Positions 31,248 to 40,669 of a stretch of DNA of 64,000 nt are shown here, in pieces (the first letter of the stretch is position 1; the number at the start of each line of letters is the position of its first letter). The DNA lies in assembly GCA_965202625.1 (NCBI GenBank), contig CBDBBI010000010.1, positions 1,152,001-1,216,000 of the forward strand, in the 5' to 3' direction. This DNA is from a bacterium (GTDB taxonomy: Bacteria; UBA8248). A model generated the notes under the pieces. That model was not told where the DNA came from. It did not search any database and saw only the letters and a list, made by a program, of their open reading frames with translations. The position numbers were made by a program, and so were the translations under genes.

Positions 31248-33872
31248 TCACGCTTTCACGGCTTCCGCCTCCATGACCACGGCGAAGGAGAGTGCATCCG
31301 CCCCCTCGGCATGGTCCGCCTCCACAGTTTCTCCCGCCTCGAATTCTCCGGCCAGCAGCTTTTTGCTCAGCGGATTCAGAACGTGCGACTGCATCGCCCT
31401 CTTGAGAGGCCGCGCCCCATAGGCAGGGTCATAGCCGCGCTCGGCGAGGAAGCTCTTTGCTGAATCCGTCAGGCGCAACTCGATCTTTTGCGCTTCGAGG
31501 CGTTTGTCCAGCTCTCGCAACTGGAGGTCCACGATATCCTTGATCTGCTCCTTCGTGAGCGCGTGAAAAACGATGATCTCGTCGATTCGGTTCAAAAACT
31601 CGGGCCGAAAGACTTCGCGAAGCATCGCGGGCGCTTGCTCCGACTGATAGGCCGCCTCCACGCCACCCCCGACAAAGCCGATGTTGGCCTGCGAAAGTTC
31701 AGCGGTTCCCACGTTGCTCGTCATGACGACGACGGTGTTTCTGAAATCCACCGTGCGGCCGTGCCCATCCGTCAGCCGGCCGTCGTCGAGCAACTGCAGG
31801 AGCAGGTTGAACGTCTCAGGATGCGCTTTTTCGATCTCATCGAGAAGAAGCACGGAATAGGGCTTTCTCCGCACGGCTTCGGTCAGCTGCCCGCCCTCGT
31901 CGTAGCCGACATACCCGGGCGGAGCGCCGATGAGCCGGGCCACGGCGTGTTTTTCCATGTATTCGCTCATGTCCACGCGCACCATCGCCGACTCGTCGTC
32001 AAACAGGAATTCGGCGAGCGCGCGAGCGAGCTCCGTCTTTCCCACACCGGTGGGGCCCAAGAAGATGAACGAGCCGATGGGCCGGTTCTCATCCATGACG
32101 CCTGCGCGGGCGCGGCGCACGGCTTCGGCCAGGGCCTCCACCGCTCGATCCTGGCCCACGACGCGCTTGTGAATGTTCTCCTCCATGCGCAGGAGTTTCT
32201 CCCGCTCCGTCTCGAGCAATCTGCTCACGTTGACGCCCGTCCAGCGACTCACGACGGCGGCCACATCGTCCTCGCCGATCTCCTCTTTCAGCATCCGGCC
32301 ATCGGCCCCTCTTTGAAGACTCTCCTCCGCCTCCGCCATCTCCTTTTGGGAGGCTATCATCTCGCCATAGCGCAGTTCCGCCGCCCGACCCAGATCCCCC
32401 TCGCGCTCCGCGCGCTGGGCCTGCGCCTTGATTTCCTCGACGTGCTCCTTGAGTTCGCGCACTCGGGAGATGGCCTTCTTCTCCTCCGCCCATTGGTTGC
32501 GCTGCTCTTTGCTCTGCGCATCCAGCGCGGAGATGCGCTCCCGTATGTGCGCCAGACGCTCCTGGCTGCCCTCCTCCTCCTCTAGGGCGCGCTCCTCAAT
32601 CCGCAGGCGAAGCAGCTCGCGTTCTTGGCGATCGATCTCCTTGGGCAGGCTGTCGAGTTCAAGGCGCCGACCGCTCGCGGCCTCGTCGATCAGGTCGATG
32701 GCCTTGTCCGGCAGATGGCGATCGCTGATGTAGCGATGCGCGAGGGAGGCGGCGGCGACCAGAGCGTTGTCCAGAATGCGGACGCCGTGGTGAATCTCAT
32801 ACCTCTCCTTGAGACCGCGCAAAATGGAGACCGTATCCTCCATGCTGGGCTCATCGACCATGACGGGCTGAAAACGCCGCTCAAGCGCCGCGTCCTTCTC
32901 AATGTGCTTTCGATATTCGTTGATCGTGGTGGCGCCCACGCAATGCAGCTCTCCACGGGCGAGCGCGGGCTTGAGCAGATTGGAGGCGTCGATCGCCCCC
33001 TCGGCAGCTCCGGCGCCCACGACGGTGTGCAGCTCGTCGATGAAGAGGACGATCTCGCCCGACGCCTCGCTCACCTCCTTGAGCACGGCCTTCAATCTGT
33101 CTTCAAACTCGCCTCTGAACTTTGAACCCGCGACGAGAGAGCCGACGTCGAGGCTGAGCAGGCGTTTACCCTTCAAACCCTCCGGCACGTCGCCGTTCAC
33201 GATGCGCTGGGCCAGGCCCTCCACGACGGCGGTCTTGCCCACGCCTGGATCTCCAATGAGCACCGGATTGTTCTTCGATCGCCGGGAGAGCACCTGCATG
33301 ACGCGCCTGATCTCCTCGTCTCGGCCCACTACGGGGTCGAGCTTGCCGGATTGGGCCTGCGCGGTGAGATCGATCGCGAAACGCTCCAGTGCCTGATAAC
33401 GGCTCTCCGCATCCTGATCGGTGACCCTCTGGTTTCCCCGGACATCCTTGAGCGCGGTGAGCACTACCTCTCGGTCGAGGCCGGCGGCGCGCAGGAGTTT
33501 CACGACCTCGGCACCACCCCTATCCAACGCGGCCAGAAACAGGTGCTCCCCGCTCACGTAGGAGTCCGCCATGGCCTTCGCTTCGCTCTGAGCCGCCTGG
33601 AAAAGCGCCGCCAACTCAGGGGTGACGTATGAGGGCGCGCCGTTTCCCGCAACTTTCGGAAGCCGCGCCAAACTCTCCTCAAGGCTTCGATTCAACGCGC
33701 GGGAGTCCACGCTGGCCTTCTCGAGAATGGGCGCCAGCACGCCCTCCGGCTGATCCAGCAGGGATAGAAGCAGGTGCGCGGGCGCGACACCTTGATGCCC
33801 CCTCAAACGCGCCAACTCCTCGGCATGCTGAAGGGCTTCCTGCGTCTTGTGGGTGAAATACTGAAAATTCAT
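31248..33872 (-). CDS. clpB: ATP-dependent chaperone ClpB
   Basis: Two AAA+ modules (GVGKT twice) and a middle coiled coil with AAELRYG. Confidence 0.97.
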   Translation of the reverse strand: MNFQYFTHKTQEALQHAEELARLRGHQGVAPAHLLLSLLDQPEGVLAPILEKASVDSRALNRSLEESLARLPKVAGNGAPSYVTPELAALFQAAQSEAKAMADSYVSGEHLFLAALDRGGAEVVKLLRAAGLDREVVLTALKDVRGNQRVTDQDAESRYQALERFAIDLTAQAQSGKLDPVVGRDEEIRRVMQVLSRRSKNNPVLIGDPGVGKTAVVEGLAQRIVNGDVPEGLKGKRLLSLDVGSLVAGSKFRGEFEDRLKAVLKEVSEASGEIVLFIDELHTVVGAGAAEGAIDASNLLKPALARGELHCVGATTINEYRKHIEKDAALERRFQPVMVDEPSMEDTVSILRGLKERYEIHHGVRILDNALVAAASLAHRYISDRHLPDKAIDLIDEAASGRRLELDSLPKEIDRQERELLRLRIEERALEEEEGSQERLAHIRERISALDAQSKEQRNQWAEEKKAISRVRELKEHVEEIKAQAQRAEREGDLGRAAELRYGEMIASQKEMAEAEESLQRGADGRMLKEEIGEDDVAAVVSRWTGVNVSRLLETEREKLLRMEENIHKRVVGQDRAVEALAEAVRRARAGVMDENRPIGSFIFLGPTGVGKTELARALAEFLFDDESAMVRVDMSEYMEKHAVARLIGAPPGYVGYDEGGQLTEAVRRKPYSVLLLDEIEKAHPETFNLLLQLLDDGRLTDGHGRTVDFRNTVVVMTSNVGTAELSQANIGFVGGGVEAAYQSEQAPAMLREVFRPEFLNRIDEIIVFHALTKEQIKDIVDLQLRELDKRLEAQKIELRLTDSAKSFLAERGYDPAYGARPLKRAMQSHVLNPLSKKLLAGEFEAGETVEADHAEGADALSFAVVMEAEAVKA

Positions 33873-33982
33873 GAAAATTCGCTCCTCATTCGAAATTTTC
33901 GCTAAATTTCGATAAATTCATCGGCACGAAAAGCCCCATCCATGCCGACTAAGCAGGCGGCCGCGGCCCTTGACGCACATTA

Positions 33983-34011
33983 AATATATTATCTTAGTCT
34001 CTTTTTGTCAA
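33983..34011 (-). promoter_or_regulatory. Sigma70-type promoter of the clpB-dnaK operon
   Basis: TTGACA-17 bp-TATATT on the minus strand, about 110 bp upstream of clpB. Confidence 0.7.
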
Positions 34012-34238
34012 ATTTTATTGCAATAAATTCACGCAATTTTTTATCCACCCTCGAAAATACGCGCACCCTTGGCTCCCAGGCGGGAAAATCAAGGAGCCAT
34101 AAAAAACCACATCGTAAAGCTCAAATGCGACCATCCCTTTGCAAACGGCGCAAACACAGAGTAGTATTATTCATACGCAAGCGCGGCATGCGTAGAATTC
34201 AATCCCCACCACCAAGGTTTTCTGAGGAGAAACGACCG

Positions 34239-34622
34239 ATGTCGGATGGAGCGATTACGCTATTCGATCAATCGCAAAAAAAACCGCAAGCCCTTGAAGA
34301 CGTCATGGTTACCCCGACCGCCAACGAAAAGGTGCGCGAGATTCTGGAGGCGGAAGGAAAAACCGGCCACGGTCTTCGGCTGACCGTCACGGCCGGAGGG
34401 TGCTCCGGATATAACTACGGCCTTTACTTTGAGGAATCCGCCAACCCGGAGGACAAGGTGTTCTCCGCCGATGGGTTCGACGTATTCGTCGACCCTCGGA
34501 GCTATCCCATCATCGCAGGAACAGAAATCGACTTTGTCGATTCCCTGCAAGGCTCGGGCTTCAAGATCAACAACCCCAACGCCATGAGCATGTGCGGCTG
34601 CGGCAAATCGTTCACCACGTGA
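34239..34622 (+). CDS. Fe-S cluster A-type carrier (IscA/ErpA/HesB family)
   Basis: GGCSG...NPNA...CGCGKSF; GAGGAG RBS. Confidence 0.95.
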   Translation: MSDGAITLFDQSQKKPQALEDVMVTPTANEKVREILEAEGKTGHGLRLTVTAGGCSGYNYGLYFEESANPEDKVFSADGFDVFVDPRSYPIIAGTEIDFVDSLQGSGFKINNPNAMSMCGCGKSFTT

Positions 34623-34638
34623 TGAAGCAACCTCGCAG

Positions 34639-34671
34639 AAGCCCCGGTTTTTATGGCCCCGGGGCTTTTTT
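34639..34671 (+). terminator. Rho-independent terminator
   Basis: AAGCCCCGG...CCGGGGCTT followed by a T-tract. Confidence 0.75.
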
Positions 34672-34695
34672 CACGCCAAGACGAAAGAGAGCGTC

Positions 34696-36150
34696 TTGAT
34701 TCAAAACCATCGAGCGTCTGAGTGGAAATCGCCCGGGGCCGTCGTCCTTATCTCCTGTTATGAACAGGGGCGTCAGCCGCTCGCTCTCGCCTCACCCTTG
34801 GCCTTTTTACGCGAGGCGGGCTTTCGGCCCTGGGCGATGGACGTGGCTGCGGAGAAGTTCTCCAAAGCGAAAATCTCGAACGCAAAATTCGTCGGCATCA
34901 GCGTGCCGATGCACACGGCGCTCAGGATCGGCATGGAGGTGGCGGCGAGGATACGCGAGACGAATCCAGAGTGCCACATCTGCTTCTATGGTCTCTACGG
35001 CTTTCTCAACCAGGACTGCCTTCTGGAAAACGGCGCGGATTCGGCCATAGGCGGCGAGTTTGAATGGCCGCTTCTCCAGCTCGTCCAAAGGCTGTCCGAA
35101 TCCTCTCACGCCGGAGAAGCGCCTGGCACCGCTACGAGGGAGCGCGCGTCCGGCCCCTATCTTAAAAAGATTCCCCATCTCAAGCCAGAGCGTGCGGAAC
35201 TGCCGGCACTTCAGGCATACGCTCACCTCATAAGGGGGGGGGAGCATTATCCCGCCGGCGCCGTCGAGGCGAGCCGGGGATGCAAACACCTGTGCCTCCA
35301 TTGCCCCATTCCACCGGTTTACGGAGGTCGTTTCTTCATCGTTCCTCAAGAAAGAGTTTTGGAGGACATTGAAGATTTAGCCGCCCGGGGCGCACGCCAC
35401 GTCAGCTTCGCAGATCCAGACTTCCTCAACGGCCCTACCCATGCGCTTCGCGTCACCCGCGCCTTGCGCGAGAGGTTCCCCTCGCTCACTTTCGACTTCA
35501 CTGCCAAGGTGGCACATCTCATCAAGCACAAGCGGCTCTTGCCGCAATTCCGGGAGCATGGATGCGCGTTCTTCATCACCGCGGTTGAATCCCTGAGCGA
35601 CCGCGTGCTCACTCATCTGGACAAAGGCCACACCCGAGAAGACGTCTTCCGCCTCGTCGAGGCGGCGCGGGAAGCGGACCTCTCGATCAGGCCGTCTTTG
35701 GTCGCGTTCACGCCATGGACGAGTGCCGAAGATTATTTCGATCTGCTGGATTTCATCGAGGAGCGCGCCTTAATTGACGAAGTGGACCCCATTCAAATGG
35801 CCATCAGGCTTCTCGTTCCTCCTGGCTCTCATTTGCTTGACGCCGGCCGCATGGAGAAATACGTCAAAACGCTTGACTCCGAGAATTTCATCTACCGTTG
35901 GGAGCATCCGGACGAGAGGATGGATAGACTGCACGAAGAGGCACTCTCGCTCGCCGAGGGCGCGGCCGCACGCTGCGAGGACACAGCCCGCACCTTTTCG
36001 CGCATTCGCAAATTAGCGGCCGACGTTCTGGAGCGTCCCGACCAGGCCGAGGCGAAGGCCGTATTCGCACCCGATCGGGTGCGGCCGCCTCGCTTGAGCG
36101 AATCCTGGTTTTGTTGAGCGGAGCCCACCCAGGGCCAGTTGGCTCTCTAA
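34696..36150 (+). CDS. CUAEP-tail radical SAM selenoprotein (UGA at 36115-36117 read as Sec)
   Basis: CKHLCLHC radical SAM motif. Read-through gives C-terminus ...LSESWFC-U-AEPTQGQLAL-TAA, matching the CUAEP/CCAEP tail family. SECIS-like hairpin downstream. Confidence 0.9.
36131..36146 (+). promoter_or_regulatory. Putative SECIS element of the radical SAM gene
   Basis: AGGGCC-AGTT-GGCTCT hairpin starting 14 nt after the UGA; GU in the apical loop. Confidence 0.65.
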
Positions 36151-36172
36151 GTCGTCAGGCAAAGCGCGTCGC

Positions 36173-36529
36173 TCATCCCAAAACCCTTGCGTAGGTCTCC
36201 TCGTGGAAGCCGACGAGCAGAACGTCCCGATATTTGAGGACTGGTGCTCTGAGTCCGCCGGAACGACCCAGCAAAAGCGCCAGTGCCTCTTCTCGTTCTC
36301 GCGCAGGCTTTTCTTTCTCAAGGTTCACGTGGAGGACCTTCTTCCCCCTGGTCGAATAGATATCCTTGACGCCATCCAAGAGAAAATCGATCCCCGCTTC
36401 ATCCACCGCGCCTTTTTGAGCGCTCACCCGCTCAGCCGCCTCAATACCCTTCGACGCAAGAAACGCTTGCGTTTTGGCGCAGGTCTTTCAGCCCGACCGG
36501 TGATAGTACCAGTCCACCACTCTCGTCAT
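36173..36529 (-). CDS. ArsC/Spx-like thioredoxin-fold selenoprotein (UxxC; UGA at 36488-36490)
   Basis: AGGAGG RBS then MTRVVDWYYHRSG-U-KTCAKTQAFL..., in frame with the track ORF 36173-36427 (LLGRSGGLRAPVL...LLVGF). Confidence 0.88.
36454..36472 (-). promoter_or_regulatory. Putative SECIS element of the ArsC-like gene
   Basis: ACGCAAG-CGTTT-CTTGCGT perfect 7-bp stem, 15-nt spacer after the UGA, GU in the loop. Confidence 0.7.
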
Positions 36530-36641
36530 GTCCATCCCTCCCTTTGAAAGTGATAAACCCCTCCCACTCAGACAACCACCGCAACGAGAACGATTCGACG
36601 AGACGCCTCCCTTCGATGCAGGCGCGAATCCTCCCTCACGC

Positions 36642-37355
36642 TCAAAGGTTCATCACGGCGGCGGCGCGCACGGGAGAGCCCGTGCCATCCCGAATCTTCA
36701 GGGGGAGTCCCACGTACAGAAATTCTTTTCCCGCCACCGCTTCAATATTCGCCAGGTTTTCCGTGTTGTGTCTCTGGAGTTCACGGCAAAGCACGTGACA
36801 GGGAAACGTCATCCGCTTGGTGTTCACGCCGGCGTCAATGCTGGGCGCATCCTGGCCGACATTCACGACGCCGCATTCTCGGTAGAGGAAGTTCGCGGCG
36901 TCATACCCCAGCCCCGGATAGGCGGTGAGATAATCGTCCGCGGGATAGGTGCGCTTAAAATGCCCGCCCGTGAAAAGAAACGTCCCATCTCTGGGAGGCG
37001 TCAGGCTCGCCGCTGAAAGCGCATCTTCCAAAAGCCGCAACGATACCTCCTCCATCGGCTCTATCTCGCCTGTAAAATCCAGAGCGATCGCCCTGGTGAT
37101 GAACCACTCGAGCGGCGCCTGATCAATGTTGGGCGCCGCTTCGCGCTCATCAATGTGGCTGACCGAATCGGTATGCGTCGGCCCGTGATCGCACATGTGG
37201 AGCATCATCGCCGCATAGGTGATGTCTTTGGGCTTGATCGGCGCATTCGCCGCGTCCTCGTGCCGGGCGACGTACTCAACCTTCGTCGCTGGATGCCCGG
37301 GAAACCTAGGCGCGTCGGTATAAATATCCTGACTCAGATCAATGATCTCATACAT
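36642..37355 (-). CDS. Cyclase family protein (kynurenine formamidase-like)
   Basis: IIDLSQ, HGPTHTD, YPGL, GQDAPSID, ENLAN, PLKIRDGTGSPVRA. Confidence 0.92.
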   Translation of the reverse strand: MYEIIDLSQDIYTDAPRFPGHPATKVEYVARHEDAANAPIKPKDITYAAMMLHMCDHGPTHTDSVSHIDEREAAPNIDQAPLEWFITRAIALDFTGEIEPMEEVSLRLLEDALSAASLTPPRDGTFLFTGGHFKRTYPADDYLTAYPGLGYDAANFLYRECGVVNVGQDAPSIDAGVNTKRMTFPCHVLCRELQRHNTENLANIEAVAGKEFLYVGLPLKIRDGTGSPVRAAAVMNL

Positions 37356-37427
37356 GGCTGTCCCCTCGCGAATGATCCGAAAAGCCTCCCTGTGCACATA
37401 CCGAGGCTTCTTCGTCAAACGAGAAAC

Positions 37428-38672
37428 TCAGGCTACTCCGCCTACCGTAACGCCATTGGACACGGGGCATTCCAGGTCAGGCCACACTTTCGTCATGAAC
37501 GTCTCCAACTCATAAATCACCTCTTCCTTGGGACACTGCGCGTAGTGCCAGATCAAGGTGATGAACTCGGAGGGCACCTTCTCGTAGGTCTCCTCCCATT
37601 CGTGCTTGAGCCTGTCCACGGGCCCTCCCAGGAAAATTCCGCTTTCCTTGATGTTTTGAATCCAGTCGATGCTCTCCGTGTCGTCCGGAAATTGGGGGAA
37701 GAAGGGCACGTAGAAATTCTGGTAGATATCCTGATCGTATTTTTTGAGTTTTTCGTCGTATTCCTCCTCGGTATCCGTCACGTGAATCCACCGGCAGACG
37801 CATTGCCGCTCGCCGTGGGCAAAGTTGTGACCCGCCCTGGCCGCCTCCTCCACGTAGAGATGGGAGAATTCCTCCATCTTTTCGAGTTTCGTGAAATATA
37901 CGGGTCGAAACCCATGTCTCGCCGCGAATTTGATGGAATCCGCGCTCGCGCTCACCGCCTGAAAAACGGGTGGATAGGGCGCCTGATACGGCTTGGGAAC
38001 AACGCTCACCCTTCGCACCCTATTGTCGTCGCCAATCTCGCCGATCGCACCGGCGTCCCGGGCACTTACCCAAGCCGGATAATCTATCCCCTCCTCATAG
38101 GGATAGGGAATCTCATAATAATCTCCCTTCACCTCCACGGAATCTTCCTGCCAGAATTTGAGGAGCATCTCGACGCGCTCCTCGAAGATGTCCCGATTCT
38201 TCACGTCGTCGGCACCGCCCAAATCCGAGGAGACGGTGGCCCGGGTATCGCTGAACTGGCCCAAGACGTTCGACCACCTAGACTGATATCCTCTCGCTAC
38301 GCCACAGAAGAATTTCCCCTTGGTGATATGGTCAAGTATGGCCGTTTCCTCGGCCACTCGGATCGGATCTTGCGTCGCCATCACGTAACCAAGCGCGCCG
38401 ACTCTCGCATTTTTGACTTGCGCGGCCCACCAAGCGTTAAGAACCCCCGGATTCGGCCCCACCTCATACCCCTCCGAGTGCAGGTGGTGCTCAATCGTGC
38501 TGACGCCCCACACCCCCATATCATCGGCCGCCTTCACGATGTCGAGCCATTCATGAAGCACGTGATGATACAGATCCTTATTCCGGGCCAAAGGTCTTTT
38601 TCGTTCGCGCTCCTCTCGACTTTCCGTTGGCAGCATGGGATACAGCTGGACGATCACCTTGGGCTTCGCCAT
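37428..38672 (-). CDS. Luciferase-like (LLM) flavin-dependent oxidoreductase
   Basis: TIEHHLHSEG, DPIRVAEETAILDHITKG, GVARGYQ, PKPYQAPYPP. Confidence 0.92.
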   Translation of the reverse strand: MAKPKVIVQLYPMLPTESREERERKRPLARNKDLYHHVLHEWLDIVKAADDMGVWGVSTIEHHLHSEGYEVGPNPGVLNAWWAAQVKNARVGALGYVMATQDPIRVAEETAILDHITKGKFFCGVARGYQSRWSNVLGQFSDTRATVSSDLGGADDVKNRDIFEERVEMLLKFWQEDSVEVKGDYYEIPYPYEEGIDYPAWVSARDAGAIGEIGDDNRVRRVSVVPKPYQAPYPPVFQAVSASADSIKFAARHGFRPVYFTKLEKMEEFSHLYVEEAARAGHNFAHGERQCVCRWIHVTDTEEEYDEKLKKYDQDIYQNFYVPFFPQFPDDTESIDWIQNIKESGIFLGGPVDRLKHEWEETYEKVPSEFITLIWHYAQCPKEEVIYELETFMTKVWPDLECPVSNGVTVGGVA

Positions 38673-38761
38673 GGTCAGATTCTCCTTCCTCAAAAAGGAT
38701 TCGCTCCTCGCAAGTCTCCGGGCGAACATACCCTCACCCTTTGAACGCTCATGTGCGGCGT

Positions 38762-39277
38762 CTATTTTAGCGAACACATCTTACTTTTCACCTTATGGAG
38801 AAGGGTGGACAGTTTCTCCCTCTCATCGTCCTCCAACTTGTTCATTAGCGCAGCGATGCGCGAATAATAATCGGGGAAAATGGAATGCAGGCTCTCTTTT
38901 CCCTGCAAGGTAAGACGCACGTTCACCTTTCTTCTATCACCTCGGTGGCTGAGGCGCTCGATGAGCCCGTCGCGCTCGAGCCCGTCCATCAACCCCGTCA
39001 TCGTCGCACGGGTAACGCCCGCTTGCGCGGCCAACTCCGATGGACTCAAACCCGAACAGTCGTTTCTCACCTTTGAGCGCAGCAGCAACAACAAAACGAT
39101 AAATCTGCCCTGCGATACGCCATGATCGGCCAGATACGTTTCAAAAGCAGTGAGCATATCGCTACCGACTTGGAGGAAAAGATAAAAAAGCATGACGGAG
39201 GAGGTATCCAAAGAGGAGTATTCCGGCACAAGAGGTCGAAAATCCTCCTCGCTGGGCAACTCTTTCATATAGAACAT
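38762..39277 (-). CDS. MarR family transcriptional regulator
   Basis: SPSELA...GVTRATMTGLMDGLERDGLIER...DRR...LT-QG. Confidence 0.93.
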   Translation of the reverse strand: MFYMKELPSEEDFRPLVPEYSSLDTSSVMLFYLFLQVGSDMLTAFETYLADHGVSQGRFIVLLLLLRSKVRNDCSGLSPSELAAQAGVTRATMTGLMDGLERDGLIERLSHRGDRRKVNVRLTLQGKESLHSIFPDYYSRIAALMNKLEDDEREKLSTLLHKVKSKMCSLK

Positions 39278-39301
39278 GGGAGCACCCCAAACCCAAAGTA
39301 T

Positions 39302-39340
39302 TATGGAGCCTGATTATATGGCGCCTTACCATCAAGTCAA
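39302..39340 (-). promoter_or_regulatory. marR promoter with candidate operator repeats
   Basis: TTGACT-16 bp-TATAAT on the minus strand, overlapped by TATGGAGCCTGA and TATGGCGCCTTA imperfect palindromes. Confidence 0.6.
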
Positions 39341-39798
39341 GGCGTGACCTGCATTGATATTTCAACACAGTTAGAAACAACCGCCCCCAAGACGTCCGAA
39401 TGGCCCGCAGACAAGTGGACGAACCCACTTTCTTGCATCATCCCCGTGCGAAAGTGGGATCTTTCGCGCAAAATTGACGCTCCAGCGATCCGAAAAATCG
39501 GAATCGCCGCGCACGAGACGACGCGGAACAAAACGTGGCGGCGAGCGAACGCGCCAAAGAACGTAAAACCCCGAAAAGGCGAATCCATATCGACGAACAA
39601 AATTATGATGGAGGCCCAAGGATGGTGGCGCATAAAGAAAACCCCTTGGGGTAGAAAAATATCATTGAATGCGATATACTGGGCTCTATGGGCCTTACTA
39701 TCCTCGAAAGGAGGATAGAGTGCAGAAACCCGATTTATGCGACTTGCCACTTCATCCAAGCGGCCAAAACGATTGGATTCTCCAGGAGGAACTCTGAA

Positions 39799-40509
39799 AT
39801 GCGCTCTCAAGACTTCGCTCGCTCGACCGGACAAAGTGTCATCGCGCAAGACGCCGCCGCCTTCATGCAGCGCGTCTATGGATGGATGACGCTGGGGCTC
39901 TTCGTAACGGGCTTTAGTGCGCTTTATGTCGCATCCAGCCCCGCCGCCATTCAGTTCATTTTCGGAAGCTCCATCTCGGTATTTTTGGTCATCGGCGTTC
40001 AACTCGCCTTGGTGTTCTCCATCAGGCCGGTCATGCGCAGACAGGGCTGGCAAACGGGGGCCATTCTATTTTTGCTCTACAGCGCAACGTTGGGCGTCAC
40101 CGTATCCACCCTGCTTCTGCGCTACACGCTTACCTCGGTCGCCCAAGCATTTTTCGTGACGGGAGGCGCGTTCGGCGGATTGACCCTTTTCGCCTTCGCA
40201 ACGAAAAAAGACCTCTCCGGTGTGGGCAATTTCTGCATGGTGGGGCTCATCGGCATTATTCTCGCCAGCGTCGTCAATATTTTTGTAGGCAGTTCCGCCG
40301 TTCATTTCGCCATCAGCGTTTTAGGCGTTCTCATCTTTGCGGGACTGACGGCTTATGACACCCAAAAGATGAAGGAATACGCCTACACCCAGGACACCAA
40401 CAACGAAACGGGCAAGCGCGCCTCCATCATGGCAGCTCTTGAACTCTACCTTGACTTCATCATGATGTTCATTTACCTTACCCAACTTCTAGGTGCATCG
40501 CGCGACTGA
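39799..40509 (+). CDS. Bax inhibitor-1/YccA family membrane protein
   Basis: FMQRVYGWM, about 7 TM, TAYDTQK, ALELYLDF; AGGAGG RBS. Confidence 0.93.
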   Translation: MRSQDFARSTGQSVIAQDAAAFMQRVYGWMTLGLFVTGFSALYVASSPAAIQFIFGSSISVFLVIGVQLALVFSIRPVMRRQGWQTGAILFLLYSATLGVTVSTLLLRYTLTSVAQAFFVTGGAFGGLTLFAFATKKDLSGVGNFCMVGLIGIILASVVNIFVGSSAVHFAISVLGVLIFAGLTAYDTQKMKEYAYTQDTNNETGKRASIMAALELYLDFIMMFIYLTQLLGASRD

Positions 40510-40523
40510 AGATAGGTTTCTTC

Positions 40524-40557
40524 ATAGAAAGCCGGGGGCTTAGTCCCCGGCTTTCTA
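40524..40557. terminator. Hairpin terminator after the yccA-like gene
   Basis: TAGAAAGCCGGGG...CCCCGGCTTTCTA inverted repeat. Confidence 0.75.
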
Positions 40558-40669
40558 GTTGCCACGGCATATCAGCTTCGCATCTATTCTCTTCCATTTT
40601 CCAAATTGAGCGCTATCGTCAGAAAGCAATAGACAAAACCCCTGTCATCCTTCTGATAGGAGCCTCGCC

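Noticed and set aside
34620-34625. UGA after the IscA/HesB protein as Sec
   Set aside because: All three conserved Cys are present, and the tandem TGA-TGA followed by a terminator is a true stop.
39345-39790. Long marR-yccA intergenic region as an ncRNA or CDS
   Set aside because: Only short hairpins and ORFs without motifs; no recognisable RNA family.
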